From the NCBI RefSeq assembly GCF_006345805.1, contig NC_043021.1:27776001-27840000 (forward strand): a DNA stretch of 64,000 nt, in the 5' to 3' direction. Both the position numbers and the translations under genes were made by a program. The notes under the pieces are model-generated. The model ran no database searches and was not told where the DNA came from. It saw only the letters and a list, made by a program, of their open reading frames with translations. Every line of letters starts with the position of its first letter. Position 1 is the first letter of the stretch. Shown piece by piece: positions 13,500-26,504 of this stretch. Source of the stretch: Octopus sinensis. Its lineage: Eukaryota.

Positions 13500-14045
13500 T
13501 CAGGTCACTTTCGAGTGTTACTGGTAACATGTAACCCAGTACAACCTGTTACATGGTCGGGTCATCGGCGACTAAACTGGCAACCCCACCTAGCTTGCTT
13601 GGTGAGGAGGCTGTTTATTGGAAACCCTGCGGGATGAAAAACAAAACCCATCAAAGGGCGGAGGAACTCTTGAGAGTCAACGGCCATCCAATAAATGCCT
13701 TAAGGCTTTATCATGTTCGGGGACATAGAAATAATCGGACTGAATACCCGATCGTGCGGTTAAACCATTGGGAGTGAAGGACTCCTAGCCTTTGTTAGGG
13801 CATCCTTCTAGGAGAAGGTAACCCAGGTAACTGGAATAACTCCGACATAAAACCTGCGGCTCAGTGGTTACCGATGATGTTGACTTGTTCTTCTTTTCGG
13901 ATTATGGCTGCTGTTGCTTAGTGAGTGGGATTGACTCAGTGCACAGCCTTTCCTCACTTTAAAAAAAATCTTCTTGCACAGGCATTGCACGATAACAGCA
14001 TTGATTAAGCTTCGTGCAATGGCCATACTCGATAACGAAGGGGCA
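13500..14045 (+). mobile_element. Probable RTE-type LINE 5' UTR fragment
   Basis: 'gggcatccttctaggagaaggtaacc...aaacctgcggc' resembles RTE 5' UTR motifs (from recall); first ~110 nt homologous to 31690-31800. Confidence 0.45.
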
Positions 14046-14131
14046 GCCTCCATGTATGTATGTATGTATGAGTTCCCAAATCCATACATTTAGTCGTAAA
14101 TGCAGATATAAAATGTAGATGTGTGTGTATA

Positions 14132-15006
14132 TACATGAAATAGTACCAAAAAGAAACCGAAATTTTGAAATATCTTATTCACTTTGCTTCACATGTTTAC
14201 ACTTTTATTGCCTTTGAAATTATTCTCCATTTGAAGAAATGCATCGGTCCAGGCGCGTTTCCCACTATTTGAAGAAGTGCTGGAACTCTTGCGAAGTAAT
14301 GTCTTTAGACGCCACCGTAGTACTTTTCTTCATGCTTTCCACACCTGCCAATTCCGTAGCACCAACTTTCGTCACCATTGATAACATTCGAAGAAAGGTT
14401 CAGATCGATTTCGAATTGTTCTCTCAGTCCACGACACACATTCTGTCGTGACTGCTTTTGATCTTACGTTAGCAAGGGAGGAATAAATTTTAATGCAATT
14501 CTTTTCATTCATAATTCGTCGATCAAAATTCGTTGAAAGGATCTCCAGAACATAACAGTCATACCTACGTGTTCGTCAACTGTTCCACGATCAGTTCATG
14601 AATTTACGTTTTCATTTACGCGGAAGGTCGACGATCGTCCTGAACGTAGCTGGTCTTCAAGCGACAAGTCACTATTCCTAAAGCGTGGAAACCCCTCCTA
14701 AACATGTGTTTTGATCGTGGTAGTTTCCTTGTAAGCTGTTTGAAGCATGGCAACGGTTTAAGTCGTCGTTTTCCCCAGCAGAAAACAAAATTTCCTTCGT
14801 TTCAGCCATCACAAAAATCGATCAACAGAGGTGAAGCAGTGCAAAAGAAAGACGCTCAACGTGACAGTACGACTCCTGCCGACGATGCCGGTCGGCATTC
14901 TGATGCCTGAGGGTCGCATCAAGTAGCGTCCAGCGACGAAAGCTTGAAATACAGAGGGCATGCCCGATAGAGAACGTTTCCCATTACTTTTGAGTACCCT
15001 TTCGTA
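14132..15006 (-). mobile_element. Mariner-family transposon remnant, internally deleted
   Basis: Minus strand DLSLEDQLRSGRSST (HTH linker) and QEFQHFFK*WETRLDRCISSNGE*F (mariner C-terminus). Confidence 0.75.
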
Positions 15007-15069
15007 TACATATCTACATGCATACATTGATACATACATACATAAATATATACATATATATATACATAC

Positions 15070-15100
<31 letters not shown>

Positions 15101-15282
15101 TGTATGTATGTATGTATGTATGTATGATGTATGTATGTATGTATGTATGTATGTATGTATGTATGCGTGTGTGTGTTCGCAAATACATATATACACAATA
15201 TAGACGCAAATTCAGATGTATATATAAATGTACACTATCTGCAGTATATCTATCTATCTATTAATCTATATACATATTACAG

Positions 15283-15352
<70 letters not shown>

Positions 15353-16094
15353 TCATACACAGGTTGCTAGAGACAAAATGAGAATGAGAAAAAGAGTGTG
15401 TGTGTGTGCATGCTTGTTTATGCCTAACGATTATATATTTATAGAGCAGTATGTATGTGGACAAATCCGAATCAATTACCACAGCAAACGATAATGATGG
15501 CAATCGTGAAATGAGGTGTGCTCTGATAATATCAATAAAAGTTCCTGTGACTCTTCATTAAAGCATAATTTGGCCCTTAGCTGGATGTCTTACACCCTTG
15601 TTAGGCGATTCGTTAGTGTTATATAGCTTGAACTAGAAGGCTAATGGTACAGACATAAACTATATTCCACTGACATTTACGTCATAAAGCAACATATTTT
15701 AGTCCACCTGTCAATTGGTCTGCTTAATTCGCGCCATCCACCTCTAAATTATTCGCTTGATATTTAAGGGATATATTCTAACTATAACCGTAAGGTAAAC
15801 TAATTCCGTGGCTTTCTTTACGCATGATTAGCAGAAATCAAATATAAAATGTATAGCAACAGAAAAGAACAGAAAGCCGATCAATTAGTTAAAACGTACT
15901 AACACACATATGATGTATGTTTACTGACAGCGATTGATAAAACACTGGCACATTTACACACACATACACATAAACACACACACACACACATACACACTCA
16001 AACAACGCAATCGCGCGCGCGTGGGTGCGTATGTGTGTACCTCACAAAGTAAACATGATTTTAATTGAGCCATGCACTTAGCCTGTACCTTCTG

Positions 16095-16555
16095 AATGCC
16101 TGCACTGCCTGATCGACTATACTTGTGGACTATACATTCCTATGGCTTATACAGTCTGGGAACATTTTCAGCCTTATGGCCTATACAGCCCGAGAGCCCA
16201 ACCCAGCCCCATGGCCTATATAATTTGATAACCTATACATTCTTATGGCATATACATTGTAATGGCTTATATAGTCTGAGAACATTTTAATTTTGATGGT
16301 CTAGATAGCCTAATGGCCTATACAGACTTTGGCCTATACAGTCCGATAGCCTATAGAGCCTAATGGCCTATACGACTTGAAGGCTAATGGGCTATACCAT
16401 CATTGTAATGGCTTATACTTTCTAATGGCCTGTATATCCTAATGATATACACAGCGTTATGCTTAGACAGCCTGATGGCCTACACAGCTTGATGTCCTGT
16501 ACACTCTGCTGGCCTATGCATTCTGATCGCCCCTACATTCTGATGGCCCATGCAG
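16095..16555. repeat. Degenerate minisatellite, core 'atggcctatacag'
   Basis: About 20 variants of (a/t)ggcctata / ggcttata spaced roughly 15-30 bp apart. Confidence 0.8.
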
Positions 16556-16599
16556 CCTCATGCAGACGACGAGTGCCATGGAGTGTGAATCAAGAGGAG

Positions 16600-16900
16600 A
16601 ATACCAGTTAAAGTGGATCCCCTAACAATAAGCGGGGAATACTTTTACACCTCAAAAGATTTGATACAACAGGGTATTAAACTCAGCGATAAGGATCTTT
16701 CCAGGTTGAGTAGCTTACTTGTCCGCCTGACCGGTCCTATAGACATGCGATTAGAATGCTGCAGGAGAGAATTGGAGGACAAATTCTTCAAGGCAAGCCA
16801 AGAAGCGGGCGACCGAGGTGCAGACTAAAAACGCGAGGGTTAGATAATATCCATAGCCTTAGTTGGTCGGTAAAGTCTAGTAACAATTGCTGTTGACACT
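16600..16900 (+). mobile_element. Possible decayed LINE (RTE-like) AP-endonuclease fragment
   Basis: SGEYFYTSKD...; RELEDKFF; D/xNARV resemble APE motifs (GY.F.WSG, KDKFY, GDFNARVG) only after frameshifts. Confidence 0.3.
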
Positions 16901-17004
16901 TTCAGAATCGCAGGCAGAGATCAAATTGATGGACGGATTCCAAAAAACATGATCATTACAACTCATAACCTACAATACACGTTTGTTGTTGTTTGTTCCT
17001 TCTC

Positions 17005-17268
17005 GAGGTATGCCTGGTTCATAAGGGCCGGTGTCCTGGTTTCATTGGCGTATAGGCTCCCCAAGTGAGCTACTAGATGCAGGAGGAAAGAATCAGAGAA
17101 AGTTGTGGCGAAGGAGTCAGCAGAAGTCCGCCATTACCTTCTGTCGGAGCCGCGTGTCACTTTGGTGTTTCACTCAAAAACATGTACATTGCCCCATCTG
17201 CGATTCTAAAACCGCGATCCCTCGACCGCAAGTCCGCTGCTCCAACCACTAAGCCATGTGCCTCCACT
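17005..17268 (-). mobile_element. tRNA-derived SINE (OR-like head, 'cataagggccgg' tail)
   Basis: Homologous to 31338-31612 and 48417-48625. Confidence 0.75.
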
Positions 17269-19599
17269 CTATACACATTTACTCAAATTATATTTACAGT
17301 AACTAAATTGTCTGTGGTCATTACAAGAATCTAACCCGATAGGTGTAAGAAAGACTTAAACTATTTAAGGTCATTGGAATGCCTTCAAAATCACAAATGT
17401 GGAGAAAAGACACGTGATGCCGCACGTCTCTAAACTGGGAAAAGCGGAGTGAAGGTCAAAAATAGATGTTTGTAGATACTAGTTGTGACAAATGATAATA
17501 GCTTGAATTCCAAGAGACTCTTTTTATGAATGATAAAAGGCTAAACGTGAAAAGTTTTTAGTTCTCAGATGTGTCTCAACTTCAAATACTTTTCCTCAAA
17601 AGGGCCTATTTTCTGGGTTGCGTCTGCTTATCCGAGAAAAATGGTATATATCGGTTAAATATTGAGATTTTTGAAAAATTTAAAATATTCTGTAATCGGT
17701 ATGTTTTGCTATTTCTGAATGAAACATAAAAGACCCTCTCAAAGTTTTTACCAAATTAATGGTTTTCAAATGCATCCTCACAACAATGACAGTCTAAACT
17801 TCAGACATGTAGCAATATCTTAAGGGACCCAGATTGTAAAGCTGAAACCACATCTATAGATGACAACTTGTATCCAGCAATAATGGGTTTTTTTTTTCAA
17901 ATAAAGAAGCATGGAAATTACACATACATGTACATCAAAGTAGTTGAGTAGAAACATGATATAAAACCGATACTAATCCTTTTACAAGGAACTTTAGTAA
18001 ACGATACCAAATACAAAAGAGACAAAAGCGTGGAACTCCTGCGGTATAAGCTATACTATAAAACCAGCATGGATGAGCAGTGTGTGACGTCTTAATTTGG
18101 AGATTACTTTCATGTAATTCAGGAGCTGGAAATGGTTATGTATCGTCTGTAGAAAAAAATGCATTATCTAGCAACAAATGTAGAAGATACAACAACTAAA
18201 ATGAAGACAGTAACCACATCATTGCCAGCTGTGAGAATAGTTGTTAGAACATGAGAGTCTGTATCATCTTTTTTAACGACATTTTGTTTATCGACATCCA
18301 GAAGAACCCGGACTAACGATTCTGGCAAAAACCGGTGACCGGGTTTATTGAAATCATTACAAAATCGCTATACATTTAATGAGCTAGATTGATTTACCTG
18401 CAGATTTCACTTGAAATTTTATCACGGCTGCAGCAGAAAGTTCAACGAAATTTTGTAGCCTGAAGAAACTCAGAATCGAGCGAAACAAAGAACTTTTATG
18501 TAGAGGCTCTACCTGCTAGAAATACCTGTAAAATACTGCTTAAGACATAAAACATAAAACAAGCTGTGTGAAAATCAGAAACATCCATAGTCTTAGATTC
18601 ATTCTGTCTGAATAAAAGATGAGAGGTTGTGGTTGCATGGTTCTCCTCCTCGATTTGTTTGGGGTTTGATCAGCTGAGTCTAGATAAGAACAACAACAAC
18701 AATAACAAGAAGACTCACTCTGCCTTGATGAACCTCGTCAAATTACTGGTACCTGGGTCCTTTCAGGGTAGTTCACTTTGCTACTGCTATTCGAGAGAAG
18801 CCTCCGCTTAGAGATGAAATTCCTTCTTTTCTCCCCACCCCAATATTTTTGAACGACACTGAAGAGAGTTGGGAATGCTGCTCTTCTTTTACGCAACAAC
18901 AACAACAACAAAAGTAGCAGCAGCAGCAATAGTAACAGTAACAGCAACAACAACCGCGATGACAACAGCACACCTTGAGACACACTGTTTCTTTTCAATG
19001 CATCAACGACGAAATAGTTTATGGTGCAAATAAACGATGCAGTTTGCCAAACGGAAGGTCCATAAGGAAAACTTTATTGCCGAAAATTAGATTGTAGTGT
19101 TATCATCATTCATTTAAGTTATATTTTTGTCAATAATGTGTCATAGAAGGAAGAAGACACTCATTGATTTTGACAGCTGTCATGTGTCTTAAGTAACGAG
19201 AAAACAATAGCATTACATCAACAGAGAGAGAACAATATGAAAAAACGATCGATGATGAAGGAATCATGATATTAAGTAGACTGCATCTATTTTCTCTTTA
19301 TTTTTTCTTGGCAAACTTTTATCACAGAATATTCAGAATAATGAATATTAAAGAAATATATGTAAGCTTTGCTTCACACCAGGTCTCTGTTTTCTTATGC
19401 ATTTCTTCTTCTGTTTAGTGTCGTTAGATGAGAAGACACCATCGTCAAACGTCTTAACAGCAAACATATTATAAGGTAGCATGAGACTAAGATCATTTGA
19501 CATCATATAAGAAGACAAAGCCTTGAACACCTTTTGACAAATGGAATTCTGAATGGAAGAAGAAAACTGAGAGGATGCTCATAGAAAAGATGTCCTTAC

Positions 19600-19960
19600 A
19601 TGTTGGCTACAAAAAGTACCGATCCCGTAATTTGATAAATTGTGTGCGGTATTACGACGTAAGAGGAGAAATTCTGGGATCGTTGCAAGACGAACTGCTG
19701 CACTGATGCCCAGTGGTGAACATGTTTTCCTCGATCAAGAGCGAAAGACGGATATTCGACGACAAACAGACAGCGCCGTAGCACTGACCATAAATGAAAC
19801 CGACTGGTGCTCAGCCGACGTTTGACTCGTTGGGATGGAATGTGCCCTGTGTGGGAAACTATAGTCGGTTTCAGGGAGAGTATGGTTGCATAACACAAAT
19901 TTGTTGTTGGGGTCCACGATCAGCATGGATGATCATGGAAGAGGACAGAATGACAGCAAA
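19600..19960 (+). mobile_element. Possible decayed RTE AP-endonuclease fragment
   Basis: Fragments EEKFWD, PSGEHVFL and GEYGCITQ occur in APE order but in different frames. Confidence 0.25.
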
Positions 19961-20109
19961 TGTATTTCTCTTTTCTTCATTTTATATTTTGTTAGTCTTG
20001 GCTGAGTAGAATGATGAGTGGCTAGAACACGTAATAGAGTGTCTGTATACGCTGGGCAAAATGAAGAATCTTGCCTCAAACCAGAATCCTTGTTAGCTCA
20101 ATATTTTAT

Positions 20110-20480
20110 GGGAATTTCGTCTGTCTTTTCGTTCTGAGTTCAAATTCCGCGGAAGTCGACTTTGCCTTTCATTCTTTCGTGGTCGATAAATAAATACCAG
20201 TTGCGTACTGTAGTAGATTTAATAGACTGCTCCCCTCTCCAAACATTTCGGGCCTTGTGCCTAGAGTAGAAAAGAATATGTTATGTGAGTTGATTGTAAG
20301 ATCATTTATTCTCTAAGATACAAGGCCTGAAATTTTGGGGACAGGCGCTTGTCGATTTCATCGACTCCAGCACTTGACTGTCACGTAATTTACCGACGTT
20401 GAGAAGATGAAATGCAAATTCCACTTCGTAATTTCAACTCAGATCGTAAAGCTGCAAGAAATTCTGGTAGGTACGTTGTC
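20110..20480. mobile_element. Two fragments of the 'ggcggcgagctggcag' SINE family, opposite orientations
   Basis: 'gttctgagttcaaattccgcggaagtcgactttgcctttcattc' (+, 20110-20225) and a decayed reverse copy at 20320-20480. Confidence 0.65.
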
Positions 20481-20609
20481 CAAAGTGCTGATGATTCTGT
20501 CACATCCCCGCTCTGAATTGATTGTATAATAGCAGAAACTTCGCATGGGAAGTAATAAAAAAGTTTAACACCAAGACATAAAATTATTCCAGAGTTGGTA
20601 CCTTCATCA

Positions 20610-20830
20610 TGGTAGCAGAGGCTCGTGGCTTAGCGCTTATGGTGATGGACTCTACTCATGATCGTAAGATTGTGGTTTCGATTCCTGGACCGCGGAATGC
20701 GTTGTGTTATTTCAAGTTGCTCCAATCCATTCAGTTGGCAAAAATGAGTAATCTGCGATGGAATGGCGTCCCGTCCACATGAGGACGGAAACCGGTAGAC
20801 CGTCCTTATGAGCCTGTGTGACTCGAGGAG
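20610..20830 (+). mobile_element. tRNA-derived SINE, diverged
   Basis: A-box-like 'gtggcttagcg' and B-box-like 'gtttcgattcc'. Confidence 0.55.
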
Positions 20831-21599
20831 CCATTGTTTATAATAGGAAAACTTTGTTTTTTTTAAAATCATGTGGTCAGGATGTAAGGTAGTAAATATG
20901 ATAGGTCACCAAGGTTTTCGAAAATAGTAGGAAGGAGCGAGGAAGATATCCTTAAACCAGCCCCTACTCGAAAACGTGCAACAGATCGAACTCCTTTAAA
21001 GGTACCCACATTTATTCAGTGGTGGCGTTCAACCCAGCGATGGATAAATCTGGCACTCATGTAGGGCATGGTAACCGCAAAGACATAGAGCAAATACCAC
21101 AAGCACTCGGTCCTATGATCCTACAATTGCACTAAAATTCTGTCCTGGAATAATACTTCTATTTCGCTGCCCCAAAAGAATGAAAGTCAAGGGTGACCTC
21201 GGTGAGATTTTAACTTCACCGTAGACTGTGAACTTTGTTTATGTTCCACCTAATATCCTTCATTTCATAAAAACTGCAGAATGTGATTTTAGAGAATATT
21301 AACTACTGTTTCTAAGTAGAAGAGCCACGCTCATTGGCTCATATGATATCTTGCTATTTCAATGATAGCATTTCTCCTCTTCGGGCTGTTTAAATATCTG
21401 GATAGCATGAATGGAACGAGAGTTAGATTTGAAAACAAAGAGGTGTTAATGTTCACGTTACACCTCTCGTTCAAATCACATCGAGTCTGATCGTAATTTA
21501 CCGAGGAAGAGGTACCATATGCTAAAGCAATATGCGAGCATTTACGGGGCTATTTGAAGCGCTAGAAATAGCAGCCAGATTTCCAGATTTGGTTTCAAA

Positions 21600-21800
21600 T
21601 TTTGGAACAAAGCCAACAAGTTCGGGGAAGAGTTAAGTATATTACATCGACCCCACTACGCCGCTCGTCGTACTATTTCAGTGACCCTGAAAGAATGAAA
21701 GGAAAAGTCGAGCTCGGTAGAATTTGAACTCAGAACTTATAGGCGTACGAAACGTTGCTAAGCATTTTTCCTAGCGTACTTCAGTCAGCTCATCGCCTTT
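21600..21800 (-). mobile_element. SINE ('ggcggcgagctggcag' family)
   Basis: 'gaaagaatgaaaggaaaagtcgagctcggtagaatttgaactcagaac' matches the family in reverse. Confidence 0.65.
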
Positions 21801-23745
21801 CCAGGTTTCCAAAATTAATACCACTGTTTTTACTATGTGAAAACAAAGGAAATTGGGTAATATAATCCTAGCCACACTTATGTCTTATGAGGAACAAAGA
21901 TGGAATGGCCACGGCTGGAACATTGGGGCTACACCAGAAGTAGAATTGGGATTGCCTTCGTTACAGATTTGTTGATTTGTTGTTACTGTTCTGGTCATTT
22001 AGTGCAAAACAAAATTAGTCGATCGGTCGATGTAGGCTAAAATATATTCTCATTCCCGCAATGATTTTTTTAACCTTTTAGTTGGATGTCGTGATACTGC
22101 CCCATGAGTCTTTACCAGGTCTCTGAGAAAAGTGGCGAAGGCAGCAGGAACCAGGTTCGAATACGTGCAAAGGGCTGTGTCCTTTTAGATCATCCAGGGT
22201 GCTAGGTGGTGGCTGATAAGTCTACCGCCCAAGTGGGCTCGGGTAGGATTTGGAATCAGAAGGCAAAGAACCAAAGCAAATACAGCAAACGGTCCCAATT
22301 TCTTTCAGTTCCCAGCACTAACCTTGAATATACAAAAATGCAGAATTTGACCTGCTCGGGATTTGAACTTGCAGCGTAATGAGTCGGGACAAATATCATG
22401 AATTTTAAACAGTGCGTGAACGACTCTACTAATTCGGCAGACATCAGACAGTGAGTCCATCAATGCCATATCCAGTGTTTCTGCTGCTGCTGCTGCTTCC
22501 GCCCCCACCTTTCCTTCAGGGCTTCCATGACCAACTGACGCAGCCAGTGTTACCTTGCTTTTCCATTTTGAAAGTAGAGTATCATTTTAGAAAAGGAAAA
22601 GTAAAAACGAAGTGACATGACTGTTGTTTCCAGCAAATAGAAACACCACCTAGTGAGTCATTCATTGGGTCAGATGACTACTTATAGCTATGAATCATCT
22701 GGAAATAGTTTTTGTGAGATTTTTATCTTTATAAAGTTTAATCAGGAAGCTACATTAACATGTGAAACAATAACAATATTATAGAGAGACTGTCGGCGAA
22801 ACAAAGGATTTTTCGTCTTTCATTTTTGGATTTTGCATTTGTATTCCATTTAACATTCTTCCATTATTAATAAATTTCCTTGTAGATCGATTCATGTAAA
22901 CAAAAGAGAGAAAAACATTTAAAAATAATCTGATCGCAACTATTAACATGTTTCGTTGTCTTTTATTGGGCACGACATTAGAAGAGAATTGATGTTACCA
23001 TTCGATGGATTTCACTAAAAGCATGCTACTTCCTTTTTCATTTCTTGAAATACAGAATAGACATAATTGTCTGAATCCCATGATAATATTTCTGGAGAGT
23101 ATTTCTGCCTCTAAGGAGCTTTTAAAATGTATAAAACAAAAGAAATCCCCAACAAATCACCGGAATTAATTTGGAATTTACTCTCCCCTAAAAGAAATAG
23201 GAAATTTTTTTGTTTCACGAAATATTCATAAAATTGTATTTCCGGTTCTGAAGGAACAATATTGATGTGAGTATATTCATTGAATTTCAGCATAACCATA
23301 GCCGTGTCGTCGTTGGAAATGGTGAAAACTAAACACAGTTACTGTTAATGGATTTCAGTTCTAGATCATGCCTTATCAACGGGACCTGTAAACAAAGATA
23401 TTCCGGTCGGGACCGTTCCTACATTTGGGAAGATGGTGCAGAGAGTAAAGACTAAAGTTATGAAGATAAAGACAGGTAATAGCAGTTAATTATTGGACGT
23501 TCGCACCTCTTCATGCTTGCAGTCTTTCAGGGTACACTACCGGTTTCTCCAAGCTGTCACACTGACATGGCGCTAACCATGCGGTGAGGTTCAATACTCA
23601 TTTTGACCTGTTATTAAGGTTCTCTCTCTAGATTTTCTATACAAATTATAGCCAACACTGATTGTGCTCGACGTTTGGTATTATCAGGGGTCTCGGATAC
23701 GAGACGTTGTAACAAAATATGTATATATATATATATATATAATAT

Positions 23746-23789
<44 letters not shown>

Positions 23790-23807
23790 ATATATATATA
23801 ATATATA

Positions 23808-23869
<62 letters not shown>

Positions 23870-23892
23870 TATGTATGTACGTATATATATAT

Positions 23893-23924
<32 letters not shown>

Positions 23925-23950
23925 ATATATATATATATATATTATATATA

Positions 23951-23981
<31 letters not shown>

Positions 23982-24165
23982 CATTCATTTATTTATCTAT
24001 CTATCTGTCTATATACATATACGATCGTTCGAAGGTTTCGATGAAATTTATGTTGCATGAAGTTGCATGGTCATCAATTATATTTGTTCCAGCTACTTTT
24101 GAAACGATCCTAACCGAAAGATACATGCAATACCAATAACATCATTCCTATGTTTGTGATTTATA

Positions 24166-24211
<46 letters not shown>

Positions 24212-24432
24212 TAAATTAGAGATAAAACCACTATTAGGCAAATCAAACAGTGAAAAACATAAGCCAATACATAAAATTAATTTAAAAATATAAAAGTTAA
24301 TTTAATATAATATAATATTTATACTATAAAATTGGATTTAATCCTAAATCTAATTTTTCGCTGTAAGTTCGGATTTATTCCCTAATATTATTATTATTAT
24401 TATTATTATTATATTATTATTATTATTATTAT

Positions 24433-24519
<87 letters not shown>

Positions 24520-24525
<6 letters not shown>

Positions 24526-24700
24526 ATCCAAACAAGAAAACACAGAAAAAAACACAGCAACGCGAGGACGTGGAACAATTAAAGTATTAGTTGACGCTCA
24601 GGAAAGAAGGGAAGGAGGGTTTAACGTTTCGAGCGGAGCTCTTCGTCGGAAACAAAGGAGAAGGAAAGATCCCGAGAAGGGAAGACAGAGGAAAAAAATA
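24520..24700 (-). mobile_element. Penelope-associated terminal repeat fragment (family also at ~130-260 and 47030-47225)
   Basis: Shared 'acaacgcgaggacgtggaac...gacgctcaggaaag...ttaacgtttcgagc' sequence carrying a hammerhead motif. Confidence 0.6.
24619..24653 (-). ncRNA. Minimal hammerhead motif (U4C lesion)
   Basis: GUUU-CCGACGA-A-GAGC-UCC-GCUC-GAA-ACGU-U-AAAC. Confidence 0.6.
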
Positions 24701-24858
24701 TTTTTGCTGGTGCTATGTTGGGAAGTGGTGAATGTGTATGTAGGTGTAAGTGGTGGTGACACAAGTGGAAGAATGGAGGTGGAAGAAGAAAGGTAAAGAA
24801 GGAAAAGTACGGGAAGATATATATATATATATATACACTATATAATTAGGGTTCAGCA

Positions 24859-25453
24859 ACGATTAGCTTCACCACACACCGAACTTTAGAAATAGCAGTC
24901 AAAATCTTAGCTATTCTTTCTACTTTAAAGGGAGTTCCCAGAAAAACCAAAGCACTGGAAAACAAACCACGTAGGCAAAAGGGGAAAAAATGACGAAAAG
25001 CATTCTATAATAGGTTACCTACGGACGCGCGTTTCGGAATTAAGCCAGTATAAAGCATAAATAATAAATAATCATACCTTACCCGACTATTTTCGTTTCT
25101 TCAGCGTAGGATTCCACAATCATAAATAATTGTATATTAAATTTGAAGGCACTGGAAAACATCACTTCACCTAACGTTATCAGAGAGATCATATTCCGTG
25201 TTAGTGCCGCCAAATTCAAAAAATGAATGAGAGTAAGTCATCCTCCCTCGCCCACCAGCGTGTTGCCAAAGTAAGATGGCAGCCATTATGTCTTTCACGG
25301 TTCACTTACTTGCTTGAAAATTAAATTCCCCTTTTGCCTACGTGGTTTGTTTTCAAGTGCTTTGGTTTTTCTGGGAACTCCCTTTAAAGTAGAAGGAATA
25401 GCTAAGATTTTGACTGCTATTTCTAAACTTTGGTGTGTGGTGAAGCTAATCGT
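24859..25453. repeat. Fold-back element: ~128 bp inverted arms 24859-24986 / 25326-25453
   Basis: Arms are near-perfect reverse complements; the spacer holds a hammerhead. Confidence 0.9.
25018..25110 (-). ncRNA. Type-I hammerhead with long helix II
   Basis: CCUACG-CUGAAGA-A-[~60 nt incl. AGUCGG/CUGGCU and GUAAGGUAUG/UAUGCUUUAU helices]-GAA-ACGCGCGU-C-CGUAGG. Perfect 6 bp helix I; base of helix II is imperfect. Confidence 0.75.
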
Positions 25454-26143
25454 ACATTTTCTAACATAGTAATTTGTTATTTGAGAGAAATTTAGTTGTT
25501 AATTTTAGCAAAATAAATTATTTTCTTCAACAAAGTGGTAGATAACTCTTAAGAGTATGACAGATATATTTTACGATGGAAAAATCGTTTGTGCAATGTT
25601 TCGATTACAAACACATACAAATGTAGATTTGTGCGTGTGTGCATATGTGTGTTTGTGTGTGCATATATAGATAAATGTATGCTTGTGTGTATGTGTATAT
25701 TTGTGTGTGCGTACATGTCTGCGTGTGTCTCATGCATACCACCATTATATTGTTATTAATTAGTTCAAACCAGCATTAATCAAACATATAAATGATCAAG
25801 TTGTTCCAAATGTGACCATTCTGTCCTAATTTTCCTTTTTAAGCGTTGTATATCAATGACTATATCATCTGTATGCTTTTTTTTGTTTCTAGTTTATCAA
25901 ATCAGCAAGGGAGGATAAATGGGACAATGAATTTCTCCCCGTTTCAAAGAATTCCGAGATAAATTATAGATTTCCACCGTAAAGTATACTAGCCATCCGA
26001 ATATGGCTAACCACAAAGGGTGGGTGTTACTGTAGCTTTTAGCCCCAGGAGATCATCGTCTCCAGCTGGCTTTAGACACACTTTCTGTGCCTTTAGGATA
26101 TTTTCAAAGGGAGGTCATCCCTCTCTCGTAAACCTAAGTGATA

Positions 26144-26189
26144 CGCACGGACTGCAGTTTCGAGGTAATTTGCCTCTTGTCAACGTACG
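26144..26189 (-). ncRNA. Type-I hammerhead, U3-A8 variant, intact
   Basis: CGUACG-UUGACAA-GAGG-CAAAUUA-CCUC-GAA-ACUGCAGU-C-CGUGCG. Confidence 0.85.
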
Positions 26190-26256
26190 GTAATCACCGG
26201 TTTTCGATATAGATATTCGCAAACAGGTCTCTCTTCATCGAAAACCGGTGATTACC

Positions 26257-26489
26257 TATTTCTTTATTACCCACAAGGGGCTAAACACAGAGGGGACAAA
26301 CAAGGACAGACATAGGTATTAAATCGATTACATCGACCCCAGTGCGTAACTGGTACTTAATTTATCGACCCCGAAAGGATGAAAGGTAAAGTCGACCTCG
26401 GCGGAATTTGAACTCACAACGAAACGCAGACGAAATACCGCTAAGCATTTCGCCCGGCGTGCTAACGTTTCTGCCAGCTCGCCGCCCTA
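26257..26489 (-). mobile_element. Full-length tRNA SINE with 16 bp target-site duplication
   Basis: TSD aaaaccggtgattacc at 26241-26256 and 26490-26505; head 'ggcggcgagctggcagaaacgttagc'; central 'gtcgactttacctttcatcctttcggggtcgataaattaagtaccag' (Meta-domain-like, from recall). Confidence 0.9.
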
Positions 26490-26504
26490 AAAACCGGTGA
26501 TTAC

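Noticed and set aside
19490-19550. Minus-strand GVQGFVFLYDV resembling a small-GTPase strand
   Set aside because: Immediately followed by a stop; no G1, G3 or G4 motifs nearby; probably chance.
23660-23700. Minus-strand CUGAUAA-UAC-CAAACGUC as a minimal hammerhead
   Set aside because: G8 and G12 both altered without compensation, and helix I does not pair.
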